Below, piece by piece: positions 12,450 through 26,130 of a DNA stretch of 64,000 nucleotides. Source of the DNA: Nageia nagi (lineage: Eukaryota > Plantae > Pinophyta); contig JBITNC010000001.1 in the NCBI GenBank assembly GCA_050084985.1, positions 60,698,001 through 60,762,000 on the forward strand, in the 5' to 3' direction. The number at the start of each line of letters is the position of its first letter. Position 1 is the stretch's first letter. Both the position numbers and the translations under genes were made by a program. The notes beneath the pieces are model-generated. The model saw nothing but the letters and a program-made list of their open reading frames with translations. It searched no databases and was not told the DNA's origin.

Positions 12450-15400
12450 TATAAAATAAATCCTATCATCTTTATCATTACGACTTGCCCTACAATATTA
12501 GTTGGAATCTATTATATTTTATGTCTCAAACCATTATAATATGATCTTAAAATGTAAGGTTTATTTCTAACATAAAATTCAATTTCTCAGCACAAAATTT
12601 TTTTAACGCTATGATAATTTCTTTGTGTAATGTAGTAAGCATATGCATTTTCCTTTCCATCTACACCCTTTTATTTCAAGATTGCTCCTCATCCAATGTA
12701 TGAGGCATTTTACTCAATTATCTTTTTGATGATCAAAGATTGCCCCACATGAAGGAGTTATAAGCACACATTGCACCACATGCATTAGCTTAGGGAGGTT
12801 GACCAATCTTTGCTTAAGTGCTTTTGCAAAGCTAGAGGATTCCTTTTTAATCTTTCATTTAGAGCTTATCTATCACTATCATAGAATGGTGAGATAGAGT
12901 TGAGACATCATAGAAACCTTTGCAACTATATCTTATCTATCATAAAATTTGAGAATTTGTTAGCTAGAGGATTCCTTTTTAATATTTTATTTAGAACTAC
13001 TATAACATTATCATAGAGTGGAGAGACAAAGTTGAGACATCCTAGAAACCTTTGTAATTGTGTCTTATTTGTCATAACATTTGAGAATTTGTTAGAAATC
13101 TCTAACACAACTCTTTAATTCAATAGTTCCATTACCAATTTTATGACCAAGGTAGTTTATTTCTATTTGAAATAATATCTTCTCTTCACTTAAAACAAGA
13201 TGATGTTTATAGGAAATATTAATGAAGATTTCTAAATGTTTGAATTGAAATTATACCTAAGAAAATACAAATGCATAATATATGTATTAATTTTTTTTAT
13301 TAATTCCAAGTAAATGTATTAATAAAAAGATTGGGAGTTTTAAAAGGGTCTCCCAAAATGTTTTACATCCATTTTCCTTTCCATCTACACCCTTTTGTTT
13401 CAAGATTGCTCCTCATCTAATGTATGGGGCATTGCACTCAATTATCTTTTTAATGATCAAAGATTGCCCCACATAGAAGCAATTATAAGCACACATTACA
13501 CCACATGCATTAGCTTAGGGAGGTTGACCAATCTTTTTTGAAGTGCTTTTGCAAAGCTAGAGGATTCCTTTTTAATCTTTCATTTAGAGCTTCTCTATCA
13601 CTATCATAGAATAGTGAGAGAGTTGAGATATCCTAGAAACCTTTGCAACTATGTCTTGTCTATCATAAAGTCTAAGAATTTGTTAGTTTGAGGATTCATT
13701 TTTAATATTTTATTTAGAACTGCTATAACACTATCATTAAGTGGAGAGACAAAGTTGAGACATCCTAGAAACCTTTGTAATTGTGTCTTATCTATCATAA
13801 CATCTGAGAATTTGTTAGCAAACTCTTAACACAATTCTTTAATTCAATAGTTCCATTACTAATTTTATAACCAAGGAAGTTTATTTCTATTTGAAATATA
13901 ATATATTCTCTTCACTTAAAATAAGATGATGTTTATAGGAAATATTAATGAAGATTTCTAAATGTTTGAAGTGAAACTGTACTTAAGAAAATACAAATGC
14001 ATCATCTATGTATTAATTTTTTTTAATTAATTCCAAGTAAATGTATTAATAAAAAGATCAAGAGTTTTAAAAGGGTCTCCCAAAATGTTTTAGACTAAAA
14101 GATCAATCTATAAATGTATCATTAAGAATAGTATAATATATAGTCACAACAAAATTTCTAATAAACACAATAGGGTGAATAAAGTAAAATATATATAGTT
14201 AAGTTCTTTAGAAAACTATTTTTATATAATATTCCAAAATATCATCCATTCTATTTTGAAATTCAAAAGGAGCATTCTTAAGACAAATGACATGATGTTC
14301 CATTTGTGTTGACCATTAGAAATAGCAAAGGCTATTTTAAATTTATCATCTTTTTCACTTATACCAATTTTCTAGAATTCAAATTTAATATTAAACTCAC
14401 TCTATACTATAGAGTTACCATATTTTTTTAGTAGATCTCCAATTTCTAAAATAATATAACATTTTAACAACATAAATTAATTAAGAGGCCTATAGCTATG
14501 TACTAAACTCTTTTTACCTATATGCTTCTTTAAATAAAAAATTATGCAAGCTTAAGGTTAGTTAGAATGTTGTATTAAACCTTTAGAAAGCAAATCATTT
14601 ATTTCCTTTTGATATTATATCTTTCCTTCTAATATCATATGTGCAACATGGCCTTTAGTTAGTAGTATTTTTGTTGTGTTCAAAAGATATTAGACCTTTT
14701 TGAACAATATCATTAAATGATTCTTATTTTTATAGCTTCATTTTGGAGCTATAGCTTTTTCAACCATTTCTAGATTTTGTTTATTCCTTTAGTTATTCTA
14801 AATATGCCTCTAGTATTCTTTTAACATTATTTTTTTTCTTTTTTATTTCTCATCATATTCAATATAAATTACAAACCTTTTATTATTTACATTAAATACA
14901 ATTGAATACAAACCTATAATATATAGTCTAAATCTATTTAACAAATCCAAAGTAATTAACATCCCTTTTCTCCTATCAAAGACTAAGAAAATCATGGAAC
15001 AAAGTTACTCTCCTATGGTTTTCCTTCTCATTAATATATACTATCTAATATTGAACTTTTCATTTATACTTTTTTGAATCTCTTATGATTCCTCGTATGG
15101 TCTATTCATGCATATAAGAGGGATGTGTAATGGATGTGGTATGACTTGGATTAATGAAAGTTGAGGTAGTAACATTAACATGCAAAGATTTAGTATTATA
15201 TACACTAACAAAAATGTACATTAAATATTTATATACAAAATTAATTATTTGTATTTTGATTTTATCTTTGGATTTTTGAGTTATCCAAAGGTACAATTCT
15301 ATGTTGTGCCTATTCATATAGTTTAACATCCTTTCATTTTAACTTAGATGCCATTACCATATTATCCATCATGATTCTATTGGATGAGCCAAGTTCATAT

Positions 15401-16650
15401 CTTTAAATTTCTAGCTTTAAAACTCTTTTCTCAATATAATCAATTCTTTTAATATGCATTTTACTAGAGTGATGTCCTGCATTATTGCAAAAATATTAGA
15501 ATTATCCCTTTTTTTTGTGATTAGCTTTGATGATTTGATCAATAGGATATGGAACTATTGTTGGAGCTTGAAAAGTTATAGGAAACTGTTATGGAATCAT
15601 CTAGATTTCAAGAATGTTTGTATATATTTTTATAATTTATGTATTAGCTTTGAATTTTGGACCCTCGACCATTCTATAATTTTTTCTTTTATAATCCTTT
15701 CAAGAGTATGGATAGCTATATCTCTAGGATTGGGGAAATATTCTCCATGTTGTCCTTTATCATAAAAATAAATTGTTCCTCTTCTATGTAATAACCCTCT
15801 TCACACATGTAAGGTTTCTCATAATTAGAATTATTCATGTGAATGATTTATATTATATTTGTTCATGAGAAAAACTTATTTATTTGGTTGCTCTAGATAT
15901 TCATCTTCTCTATCTTCCTTTGAAATATAAATACTTTCAATATCCCATTCTATAGAATATTTATCACTAAATAAAGCATTGATTTTCTTTTAGTCTTTCT
16001 TTTGAAGGCATGCATTACGAAAGTATCCAACTTGTCCATAGTTGAAACATGTTTTGCTTTAATTTCTAGGTCTATTTTTTCAAACTATATTTTCTTTTAG
16101 ATAATTTTCTAGACTAATAAGCACAATATTTTGTTTTGAAGTTTTTATAACTTTCTTGTCCTAAAATTTTATTTTCATGGTGGTATACATATTTTGCTTT
16201 ATCCATAATATCTAAGATATATATATTTATAAATGTTATCCATGGTACCAAATTATTGTTTAGTTATCTTTTTGGCATGCTATGTCAAGCACAATCTATT
16301 TATTCCTTCTTTGATAAATTGATTTATTTCTCCTCATTAAATATCAAACAAATTATGATCTTTCCACACATCTGGCTTCATAACTTCATTTATATATATG
16401 CACCAAATCCATTAGGGTGACTTGGTAGAAACTTACATTTGTAAGCAACATCAATACTTGCACCATCCTTGTAAACAAACCTTATGTATTACCATTTACA
16501 ATTTTATTGTAGGATCTTTGTGAACAAATAAGTGTGAATCATGACTAAATGAAAAGCCAAGTCAACATCAATTCCAGTCTCTTAAAAGTTTTCATTTGCA
16601 ATATTGGCTACTATATCCTTACATAGGATAGTTCCTCTATTTCACTCACT
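12450..16650 (-). mobile_element. Endogenous caulimovirid (plant pararetrovirus) relic: coat protein/zinc knuckle, protease, RT, RNase H
   Basis: Zinc knuckle TCFNYGQVGYFRNAC (~16010-16055). Protease-like YIFVSV...TFINPS (~15150-15225). RT: KHIGKKSLVHSYRPLN, AISNGQHKWNIMSF and TNKTQLQRFLGCLNF. RNase H: IIE.NASYIG*GAILK and TLHKEI. No integrase or LTR seen. Confidence 0.85.
12648..14092. repeat. Tandem duplication (~722 bp x2) inside the viral RT/RNase H; each unit contains a ~130 bp internal duplication
   Basis: ttttcctttccatctacaccc starts both units (~12648 and ~13372). The block gaggattc.tttttaat...tagaaacctttg occurs four times. Confidence 0.9.
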
Positions 16651-16658
16651 CTGACATT

Positions 16659-16671
16659 TGGTATTAGAGCC
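16659..16671 (+). promoter_or_regulatory. tRNA-Met primer-binding-site-like motif (tggtattagagcc)
   Basis: 12/13 match to tggtatcagagcc. It is in the opposite orientation to the adjacent viral coding relic. Confidence 0.6.
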
Positions 16672-19229
16672 ATTTATATAGTTATTTGCAATCATCTAAG
16701 ACTTTATTAGATAACAAAATAAGCTCTTCAATATAAAGTGAATCTAAAAAACAAATTATAATATAATCCATAATGAATACATTCTCATATTTAACCCCAT
16801 ACTTAGCAAAAGTACAATAAGTAAATACAATCACCATTTGATGGAAAAATATGAACAAAAGCAAACCTATAGCATGTTTCAATAGATAATAATCTACGGT
16901 GTACCCATTGCACAATGTTGCAATAGCTAGTTTATTTTTCTATTTTAAATAAAGAGTTCTTAGGGAATTCTATTTCAACAAAGTGTATGAGTATGGATCT
17001 AGAGAAAGTGAGTTAGATAAGGAATTAAAATGAATGTGAAAATATAAAATTTGTATTCCAAAACTCAAAAGATTCTATATAATCAATATCAATTTAAAGG
17101 ACCATCTATGATGCTTTAGTTCATCTATAAGATGAATATTGAGCTTTGTCTACCATGACTTTTGACTTACCTACAACAATTACATGAATATTTACATTAA
17201 TGTTACATTCACATAGGATTACATCTAACATTCTCCTATTTAATTTGTAAGTTTTTGAGATGGTACAATTGGCTTTTCTTAACTAGAACTTGAGAGTTGA
17301 TAGAGTTGTTTCCTTAGGGCTATTAATATAATGAAATATTTTTGAACAAGAGTATGCACATGTGAAAAAAATTATTATACTTTCATGTGAAAATTTGAGA
17401 GTAAATACACAATTATCATATCTTGAAATGGATCATGTATAGGTTGAATTTCTAACTAGCTAGTTCTATAGAAATAAGAGGTTAACAAAACTAGAATAGG
17501 TTCCTAATACTACTAAAAATTTTACAACTAATTTTCAATGCAATCTTTGGATTCTATGAATAGCTATTTTGTAGGATTTACAAATTAGAATTAAAATTAG
17601 TTTGAAAAAATGTAGGCTTTGATACTAATGTTAGGCCATGAATGAGACTACATGTGAAAAATTCAAAAGTAGTATTCCAAAACTTTGAAGTATATCTATA
17701 ATCAACATGAGTATGTACATAAACAATAAATGAATAAAACTCTCACCCCTTTGAAGAATCCTAGGAAACCTCCTTTATGTTCTCTCTTATCTCTCTTTAA
17801 TCCTTCTAACTCAAACCTTTATATCTTGCAATATATTACACTTGCTGCTCTAATCTCATACCTCTAATACTACTAATTAATAAATTTCTATGCATGTTGG
17901 ATATCCTACTAGGGTAAGATCTATAATTATCCTACTCATAAATCTATATTATGAAGGAATAAGCCTACAAGAATAAATTCTTAATACCCAAGATAACATA
18001 AAGACTCTCCCTAAAATATCATCATAATAGCATTAATAACACACACACTCAAATATGGCATTCACCTAAGATGACACTGATATAAAGTGGCTTCCCAACC
18101 ATGGAAGTACATCCACTAATGTAAGATAATATTTCTCAAAGAGCACTCTCTTACAACAACCCTTTCTCACATATCCTACAACTTAAACAAGAGAATATAT
18201 TTTCTACAAACTTGAGTGAGTGATATCAAGGAGAGGGCCTTCTATTTATAGGCAAAAATCCTCCCTTTGATCACCCTATTAACCATTATACAATGTCATG
18301 ACATGAATCACCCTTTTACTCAAGGGCATGCTCATGAGATGGAGTGTAGGAAAAGTTACATTATCATATATATAAATACTTAAAAGGTATCTAGATAAAA
18401 TTTTAAGTATTAGTGAATTTACATTATATTGTTCACTATTAAGTGAATTACATTAAGATATCTTACAATAATACATTGTACATTCCAATAATGCAATATT
18501 GGGGTAGAGCAAAGAAGGAGATAAAGAAAGAGTAAGAGAGAGTTATCCTACATAGAGATATAATTGGAGATGATAACATTTACATCTTTGATAAATAAAT
18601 AAGATCTTATATTGAGACTCCCTACTTTACCATTTAACAAAATAGTTTACAATACAATCATTAATTGTAACTGGTTTCACTATACAAAGTATCATTCAAC
18701 AAAAAGATGATATGATGAGCCTCCATGAGTCTGCCACTCAAAGTAGGTAACCTACACTCTTAAGAAGAAAATTGCAAGCTACAAAAATCTCATAAATAAG
18801 ATCAATCAGATGCATCATACAAATATTCATATCGACATAATATAAATAAATCAATTAATTCCATCTATAAACTGATTAATGATGCATTATAAGTCATCAT
18901 GAAGATGCAAGCCAATACTCATAGTCACCTATTGTATAGAAAATATGTGTTGATCAACATGAAAAATAGAGCATAACACATATGAATTTCTCATATATGG
19001 ATAATTTAAATAGTACTAAAAAGTACATACTAGTTCCTCATATATGGATAATTGAAACAGTGCTAGCAGAAGCCATTATATGCTAAAAAATGTACATCTA
19101 TTTCCTCACTTAGAGTGAACTAAACTTGAAGGTCTACATAAAATATCAACACTATACAACTAAAAGATCCTCCTAGATGGTATGAAGTTTTCATCACAAA
19201 AATGAATTCACTAAGAATTCAACCTTCAC

Positions 19230-21492
19230 TCCCCCTTAAGGGAAACTTCACTAACATAATAGATTCCCTAAGCTTATTGAACTGAGTTTCAAGAAGGGGC
19301 TTGGTTAACAAATCAATGGAGTTGAGAAATGATAGACAATACTATAATTGTAGGATACCATCCAAAACCTTATCCCTAATAAAATATGCTTGGATTTCAA
19401 TATGTTTTATTCTCTAATGAAAATAGGATTCTTTTCCATAGTAACAACTAACTAATTATCTAAAGAAATATGAGATGGATGAGCCTGATCATACCCAAGT
19501 TTTTTTAGAATATGCTTCAAACAAATGGATTCCTAAGCTATGACTGACATGGCTCAATATTTTACCTTGATGGTGGAGAGAGAAATAGCAAAGTATTTCT
19601 TGGAAGCCTAAGAGATAGCACTTGAACCAATGCTAAACACATAACAAAAGTTTAATTTCCTATCATTTCTATTTTCCCCATAATTAGAATCTAAGTACCC
19701 TAAGAGAATAAATGAAGGAAACTTGGAATACTTGAGAGAAATATCCTTCATTCTTGCAACATACCTCAAAATTTACTTAACAACATTGAGTTGTTCAACA
19801 TATGATTTTTGCATAAATTGTGTCATAAGATTTATGAAAATGGTAATATCTAGCTTGGGTATAGTCAAATAAAGTAGACTACTAATTAATTTCCTATAAG
19901 ACATAGCATCAACCAATTGAGAGTTAGAGCTAAGAGAAAGAGTGATTCCAAGAGATATTGGGATCACATTAGGTTTGAATTATTCCATTCCAAAATTTTG
20001 CAATATGTTTGATATATACTTGGATTGACTAAGGTAGGTACAATCCTTATATTGGTATACTTGCATACCAAGATAGTAGTGCAATATACCAAGATCAATC
20101 ATTTCAAATGTTTTTTTAAGTTTGGATATGCACTCTTAGATGATTTGATCATTATTTTCTATGATAAAAATATCATCCACATAGAAAATAATCAAGACCA
20201 AGGCTTGTCTCTAATTTAACACATAAAGATCTAAATTATAGAAGCACTTAGAGAACCTAATTTCTGCAAAGTATCTTGAAATCCTTTTGTATAAGGCTCT
20301 AGTTGCTTTCTTAAATCCATACAAGGACTTCTTATTTGCCTTCCACAAAAAACCCTTTTAATTTATTCATTTAGAACTTCACATCTAAGTCACCATTGAG
20401 AAATGCACTCTTAACATTAAGTTGAAGAAATTTTCATCCTTAAGTTTTTGAAAGAGTAAGGATTAACATGATTATGGACATATTTTCCATTGGAGCAAAG
20501 GTTTCCTCATAATCAACTCCTTATTTCTCATTGAAATCCTTAGCTACTAACCTTGCCTTATATTTCTCAATTTCCCTAACTAAATTGTATTTGAACTTGT
20601 AAATCTATTTATTGCCAACCATATTCTATTCATTGGGATAGGGAACCAAATCCAAAATTTAATTTTTCATCAAGGCCTTATATTCCACTTTCATGGCTTC
20701 CATCTAACATTCATGATTTGAAGCTTCTTTGAATGATGAGGGATCATTTTTGCTATCTATTTTGTTAAAAAAGGATTTTTTTAAGATCATACTTCTTATC
20801 ATCATTTATGTTGGAGAGTTTTGCTATTGAGATGACTTATCTACACTAAAATCCAACCAGTTAGGTGCAAAATAGGATTCATCAAGATCATCCAAGTCCT
20901 CATAGGAAGTAGATTATTTGGTAAGTTTATCAAAATTTATATCCCTCAAGATGAACATGGGTATGGAGGAAGGAAAGTAGAGCCTATAGCCTCTATGCTA
21001 ACTATCATAGCCCATAATGATGCTCTTTTTGGATCTCTTATCCAAATTGTTTCTTTTCTCTAAAACAATGAAGGCATAGGCATCACATCTAAAAGCTCTA
21101 ACATGAGCAATATTAGGTTTCTTTCTTTTCCATGCCTCATATGGTGTTTTTCATTCAATAACTTTTGTAGGGAACTATTCAGGGTGTAGATCGCATTGTT
21201 TATAGCTTCACCCTATAAGAAACTAGGAAGATTTTCCAACATACAACTAGCATTTATTGAATGGTTCTATTATTTCTTTTAGTAAAATCATTTTGTTGAG
21301 GGGTGTAAGGGATCATGAACTGCCTCTTGATCTTGTATTTGGTATAATAGTAATTGAACTCATTGCTATTATTTACCTCCATTTTCAAATCTCATCATCA
21401 TAATTTTTGAGCTAGACTAATTTTCAACTAAGGCTTTGAAGTCTTTAAACCTCTCAAAGGTTTGATCCTTATGCTTGATTAGATAATAAAAT
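19230..21492 (-). pseudogene. Copia A pol 3' part (integrase C-terminus, RT, RNase H)
   Basis: Integrase PYTPQQND. RT YKARLVAK and VDYEETFAP. YRKLISSLLYLT..KLDI. RNase H IKHIEIQAYFIRDKV. Many premature stops. Confidence 0.9.
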
Positions 21493-23214
21493 TGAAGGAA
21501 TTGAATAATTCCACAACTAAGATCATTTGTATCTTTTCTAAAAATTAACACTCAAATTACTCTTCAAAAATAACAATCTCTCAAAATAAACAATAATAAG
21601 CAATCTCACAAAGTGACACATAAGAAGTATAGTGGTTCCTCTCTAAGAGAGTATTTCCACTTAAATCTAAATCTATTACTTTTGAAGCTAAAATATCTTG
21701 TATAAAATTTCCATCACTTAGATCTCTAAACTAGTAGCATAATAATGTTTCTACATGTGTGTGTTTTACAATAAGCCTAGCCTTCCTTTTATAGGCTCAA
21801 ATCCTACTTTGGTACACCCTTTTACACAAAAGGAATACCAACATCCATAGTATATCCAAATCCTCAAATTAGGTGAGAATGGTAGGTGGAAGCCTTTTTA
21901 CCCATACCCATTATATATGTCCATACTTCAATTTTAAGAATGTGGAACTACATGCATATGTGGATATACCTCTAATATAAAATATATGGGGATCCATATT
22001 TGCATACACGGATAATTTACGTAATAAATATATTATTTCATATTACAAAATATTTTTCTTCTAACTTAGGTATTTTATATGTTCCTTTGTTTTTAATTAA
22101 TTAGGAACAATACACCTAAGTTATTTATACAATAATGCATTGTAAGTTCGAACACTCCTTCTTAATGTAATATTGGAGTAGAGAGAGAGGAGAAGATAGA
22201 AAGAAAGTGTAAGAGAGCTCTCCTCCATAAGAAATCAAATCAAAGATGAGAACTTGACATCTTGAGAAGTAATAGAATTTAGATTCTAAATAAGGCTTAA
22301 CTACTTAACCATTTGAGTAAATGGTTTACAACAATATAATCATCAAACATAAATGGTTATTATTTACAAGTAGTCATTCAACATTATGTTGACATGATGA
22401 GACTCCATGAGCTTGTATACTTGAAGTAACCTACAAACTTGTAAACTGTAAGCTACAAGAAACTCATAAACAAGATTATTTATATGCATCATACATTCAT
22501 TTCAACATAAGATAAATGAATCAAATAATTTTATACATCAAATGATCACTATAATTCATGCTAAACAAGCCTATAATCACACTATAAATCATCATAAACA
22601 TACTAATAAAACCTATATTCACCTATTGTATAACAAATATATGCTTATCAATATGTACATATCAATTCATTATACTCTCTAAAGTGTATAAACAAGTTAT
22701 TTTCATGTGGATAACTTAGTATAATAGTGCACATAAGGGGATTATATAACAAAATATACTTCTAGAAGTGAAATATAAGAGTTCCTAAGAGTTTGTACTT
22801 TACTCTCTCTTAAGGAAAACTTTACCATCCTAAAATATGCTATGAGTTCATATAACTTCATCTTAAATTATTATTTTTTTACATCCTTTCTGTATACAAG
22901 TTGATATGAAGTTGACATCATTTAAGAATAATTTTCCCCCCTTGAGGGCAACTTCATCTAAAGAAAGGCTTAAATAAATGGAAAAATATGATTAAATTAT
23001 CCATATGTTGATACACATATCATTTAACATGCTTGTCTTAATGTAATTAAGCATCCATTATATTAAATAAATATCATACTTATTTAAGTACATTGATGCA
23101 CATAAGATCCTATAGAAAAGGTCAAAATCCAATTGATTTTACTATTGGGTGTTTAACATATAAACTAATTTAACACCCAATAATTAGATTTCAATTACCA
23201 ATCCTTATTTATAA

Positions 23215-23623
23215 CTACTAAGTATCCTCTTTTACTAAAATCTTGGAATGAGAGGAACTTGAGTAGTTACATGTTGCCTCAATTTCTTTAACTCCTCAAT
23301 TAACTCTTGTATACATTTAAGGAGCAATTATCTCATAGCAATGAGCTCATTTTTCTCCTTATTGATCATGTCACATGCTTGATCTTCCACTACCCTTTTC
23401 CTCTTGAATACTTTACATCAAAAACATGGTTCATTGACAAACTTATTTGCATGCTCCATTAACAAAGCATTTACCAAATCTCTTAATTGTAATGTGTCCC
23501 TAGTAGTAGTTGGAGCGAATTGTAAATCTATTGATGAATCTCTCCTAGCATTATTTTGTACAACTTATCGTACATCCCCCTCATTTGGAAGTAGCCTAAG
23601 TGAGTTGGGATCTAGTTTTCCAT
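23215..23623 (-). pseudogene. Decayed accessory ORF in the 3' region of element B
   Basis: About 135 codons: MGKLDPNSLRLLPNEGDVR*VVQNNARRDSS...CIQELIEELKKLRQHVTTQVPLIPRF, with three in-frame stops. The C-terminus looks like a coiled coil. No recognised domain. Confidence 0.4.
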
Positions 23624-24242
23624 AATTAGAATTATGTCGCTTAGTTCATATGTTGATTGCTATTTATAGAGTAAGCATTACTTTGTGAAGCAATAAATGT
23701 CATCAACTCCTTTAATTGAGTTGTTCATACTTACGTATACAATATTTATTAAAGCAATATCATGTATCTAATCATTTTGTGCCAAAGTTAAGGCTTATAA
23801 ATGATAACATCAACTATAAAAGATGAAAAACTTGTAAACTTTTTTTCCTTTGAATTTTCAAAAATAAGTGTTCATTGAAAGAATAATTTTGTATCATATA
23901 ACCAAACATAAGAAGCTAAAATTTTTCCATCATAATCTTCCAAAAGATTATGGTAATCACCAAGAATATTTTTCTTGCCTTAAACTAATTAAGGTGAGTA
24001 TTATTTTCATTAAGGTACTAATCTATGCCATCATCAAGTTAGGAAATAACATTAATTTCCAATTTGACCATACCATTAGTCAAGATGTATAACGATATAA
24101 TACATAACCATAAGCTCAAAAGTCATATTTATATGCATACATTCTTATCCCTTTTGAAGTGGAGGTTTACGGTCTCAATCAACAATATTATAAATTAGAT
24201 GAAGAACAAATCACAAAATATCATCTTAATTATATCACATAA

Positions 24243-24403
24243 TCAAGATTTACAAGTCATAAGCCACAAACTACCAACTTGACTATGCCACCTAGTCAAT
24301 ATTTACAAGCCATAGGACACAAATGCCAACTTGACTATGCCACCTAGTCAAGATTATGAGCCATAGGCCACAAATGCCAACTTGACTATTATACCTAGTT
24401 AAG
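24243..24403. repeat. Tandem repeat, ~52 bp x3
   Basis: Units tcaagatttacaagccataggccacaaatgccaacttgactatgccacctag start at 24243, 24296 and 24348. Confidence 0.9.
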
Positions 24404-24536
24404 ATGCATATGATGGAAGAAACTAACATGGATTGAGTTTTCATCAATATAAAAACATACTTCTCAATAATAGGAGTAAAATGAAATCAATTCATAATAT
24501 ATAATCTTCCTAAAATTGGAAGTATCAATAAAATCA

Positions 24537-24758
24537 TTGTAATTTTGGAGAAAGGAAAACCATGTTAACCACTCCAACAATTTTCAATCATGGAGAAGGG
24601 AAAATATTTTTAACAACTTCATCAATTTGTAATCATGGAGAAGGGAAAACATTTTTAACCACTCCATCAATTTGTAATTTTGGAGGAAAAACCTTTTTAA
24701 ACTACTCCAATAGTTTACAATTTTGGATAAGAGAAAACCTTTTTAACCACTCCATCCA
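24537..24758. repeat. Tandem repeat, ~45 bp x5
   Basis: Units ttgtaatcatggagaagggaaaacatttttaaccactccatcaat. Confidence 0.9.
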
Positions 24759-25330
24759 TTAAAACTTGCAAACAATTCATTATCATGGATATAAATTCCC
24801 AAAATAGAAGTAGAATAGTGCACTAAAAGTCATCATATAGATACCAAGCCAATACTTATAGTCACTTGTTGTACACACAATACAACAACCCTCATAAGGA
24901 TGAAGTAATTATGATAAGAATTCATACTTCAATCTTTATTGATGATAACTTTAACCACCCAAGCAATTAGGGTATAGGTAAACATATCAAAGAAGTTTTA
25001 TTTTGATGGGAAATAATCACAAAATCACATCCAAAATTCACTGCTTAATAAAACTTGCTTGAATTTTAAAAATATGCTTTGTTATGAAGTTAATAATTCT
25101 CCCTTTTAAGAGTAACTTCATTAATAATTGTAACATATTACTAAGCTCTACAAATTTAGAGAGGAATGTACACTTCCAAAAGGTACTCGTACACTTCCTT
25201 TTCAAAGCAAAAGCAATCCATATTGTATCAATGTAACAAGATTTATTAATCAAATAATAATTATTCTATACATTAATGGTGTTAAGAAAGAAGACATTCA
25301 CACTATTAACAACCAAATAGGAAGAATAAT

Positions 25331-26130
25331 TCATTATCACACTAATCAATGGTAATATGCTAGATATCCATATGATCAAATAGTATCCTCAATAACTTGA
25401 ATGTGGAGAAAGTTTTAAAATGTTTTACTCCAAAAGATATTAACCAATGTGAACAAACCAAACATTTTGAGGATCAATTTTCTATCCAAAAAAAATGTGC
25501 ACAACCATTCAAATTTGGAGAAAGTTCACAACATTCATTATCACACTAATCAATGGTCATATGCTAGATATCCATACAATCAAACAATATCCTTAATAAC
25601 TTGAATGTGGAGAAAGCTTAAAAAGTTTTTACTCCAAAAAATATATTAACCAATGTGAACAAACCAAACATTTTGAAGAGCAATTTTCTATCCAAAAAAA
25701 ATGTGCACAACCATTCAAATTTGGTGAAAGTTCACAATCTTTCTAATCCAATAAGGATATCAACCAATGTGCAAAAACCAAAAATTTTAAGGATAAATTT
25801 TCTATCCAAAAAAAATGCACAACCATTCAAATTTGGAGAAAGTTCACAACCTTTCCAATCCAACAAGGATATAAACAACCAAAAGTTTGAAGATACATTT
25901 TTCATCCAACCAAGGATATTAAAAAATGTGCATAATCATAAAGTTTGAAGAAAAGTTTCATTAATTTTAATTTCAAACAATATGCACATCCAAGCATAAT
26001 AAATTTTTCAGCCAAGGAAAAAAATATGCATAATCTTAAATATTTTCAATTTTTTTATAATTTTAAACAATGTGCACATCCAAATACCATAACTTTCAAA
26101 TTGGAATAACTTTCTCAAAAGTGCACATTG
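25331..26130. repeat. Compound tandem repeat: ~204 bp x2 followed by progressively decaying subunits
   Basis: tcattatcacactaatcaatgg at 25331 and 25535. aaccattcaaatttgg.gaaagttcacaa occurs three times. Confidence 0.85.

Noticed and set aside
16990-17240. Left LTR of a short X element (weak similarity to the X LTR start; ends taaca followed by a pyrimidine tract)
   Set aside because: The similarity is short and no TSD could be established.
24243-26130. Repeat arrays as CRISPR-like loci
   Set aside because: Units are contiguous tandem copies without unique spacers, there are no cas genes, and the context is a plant retroelement.
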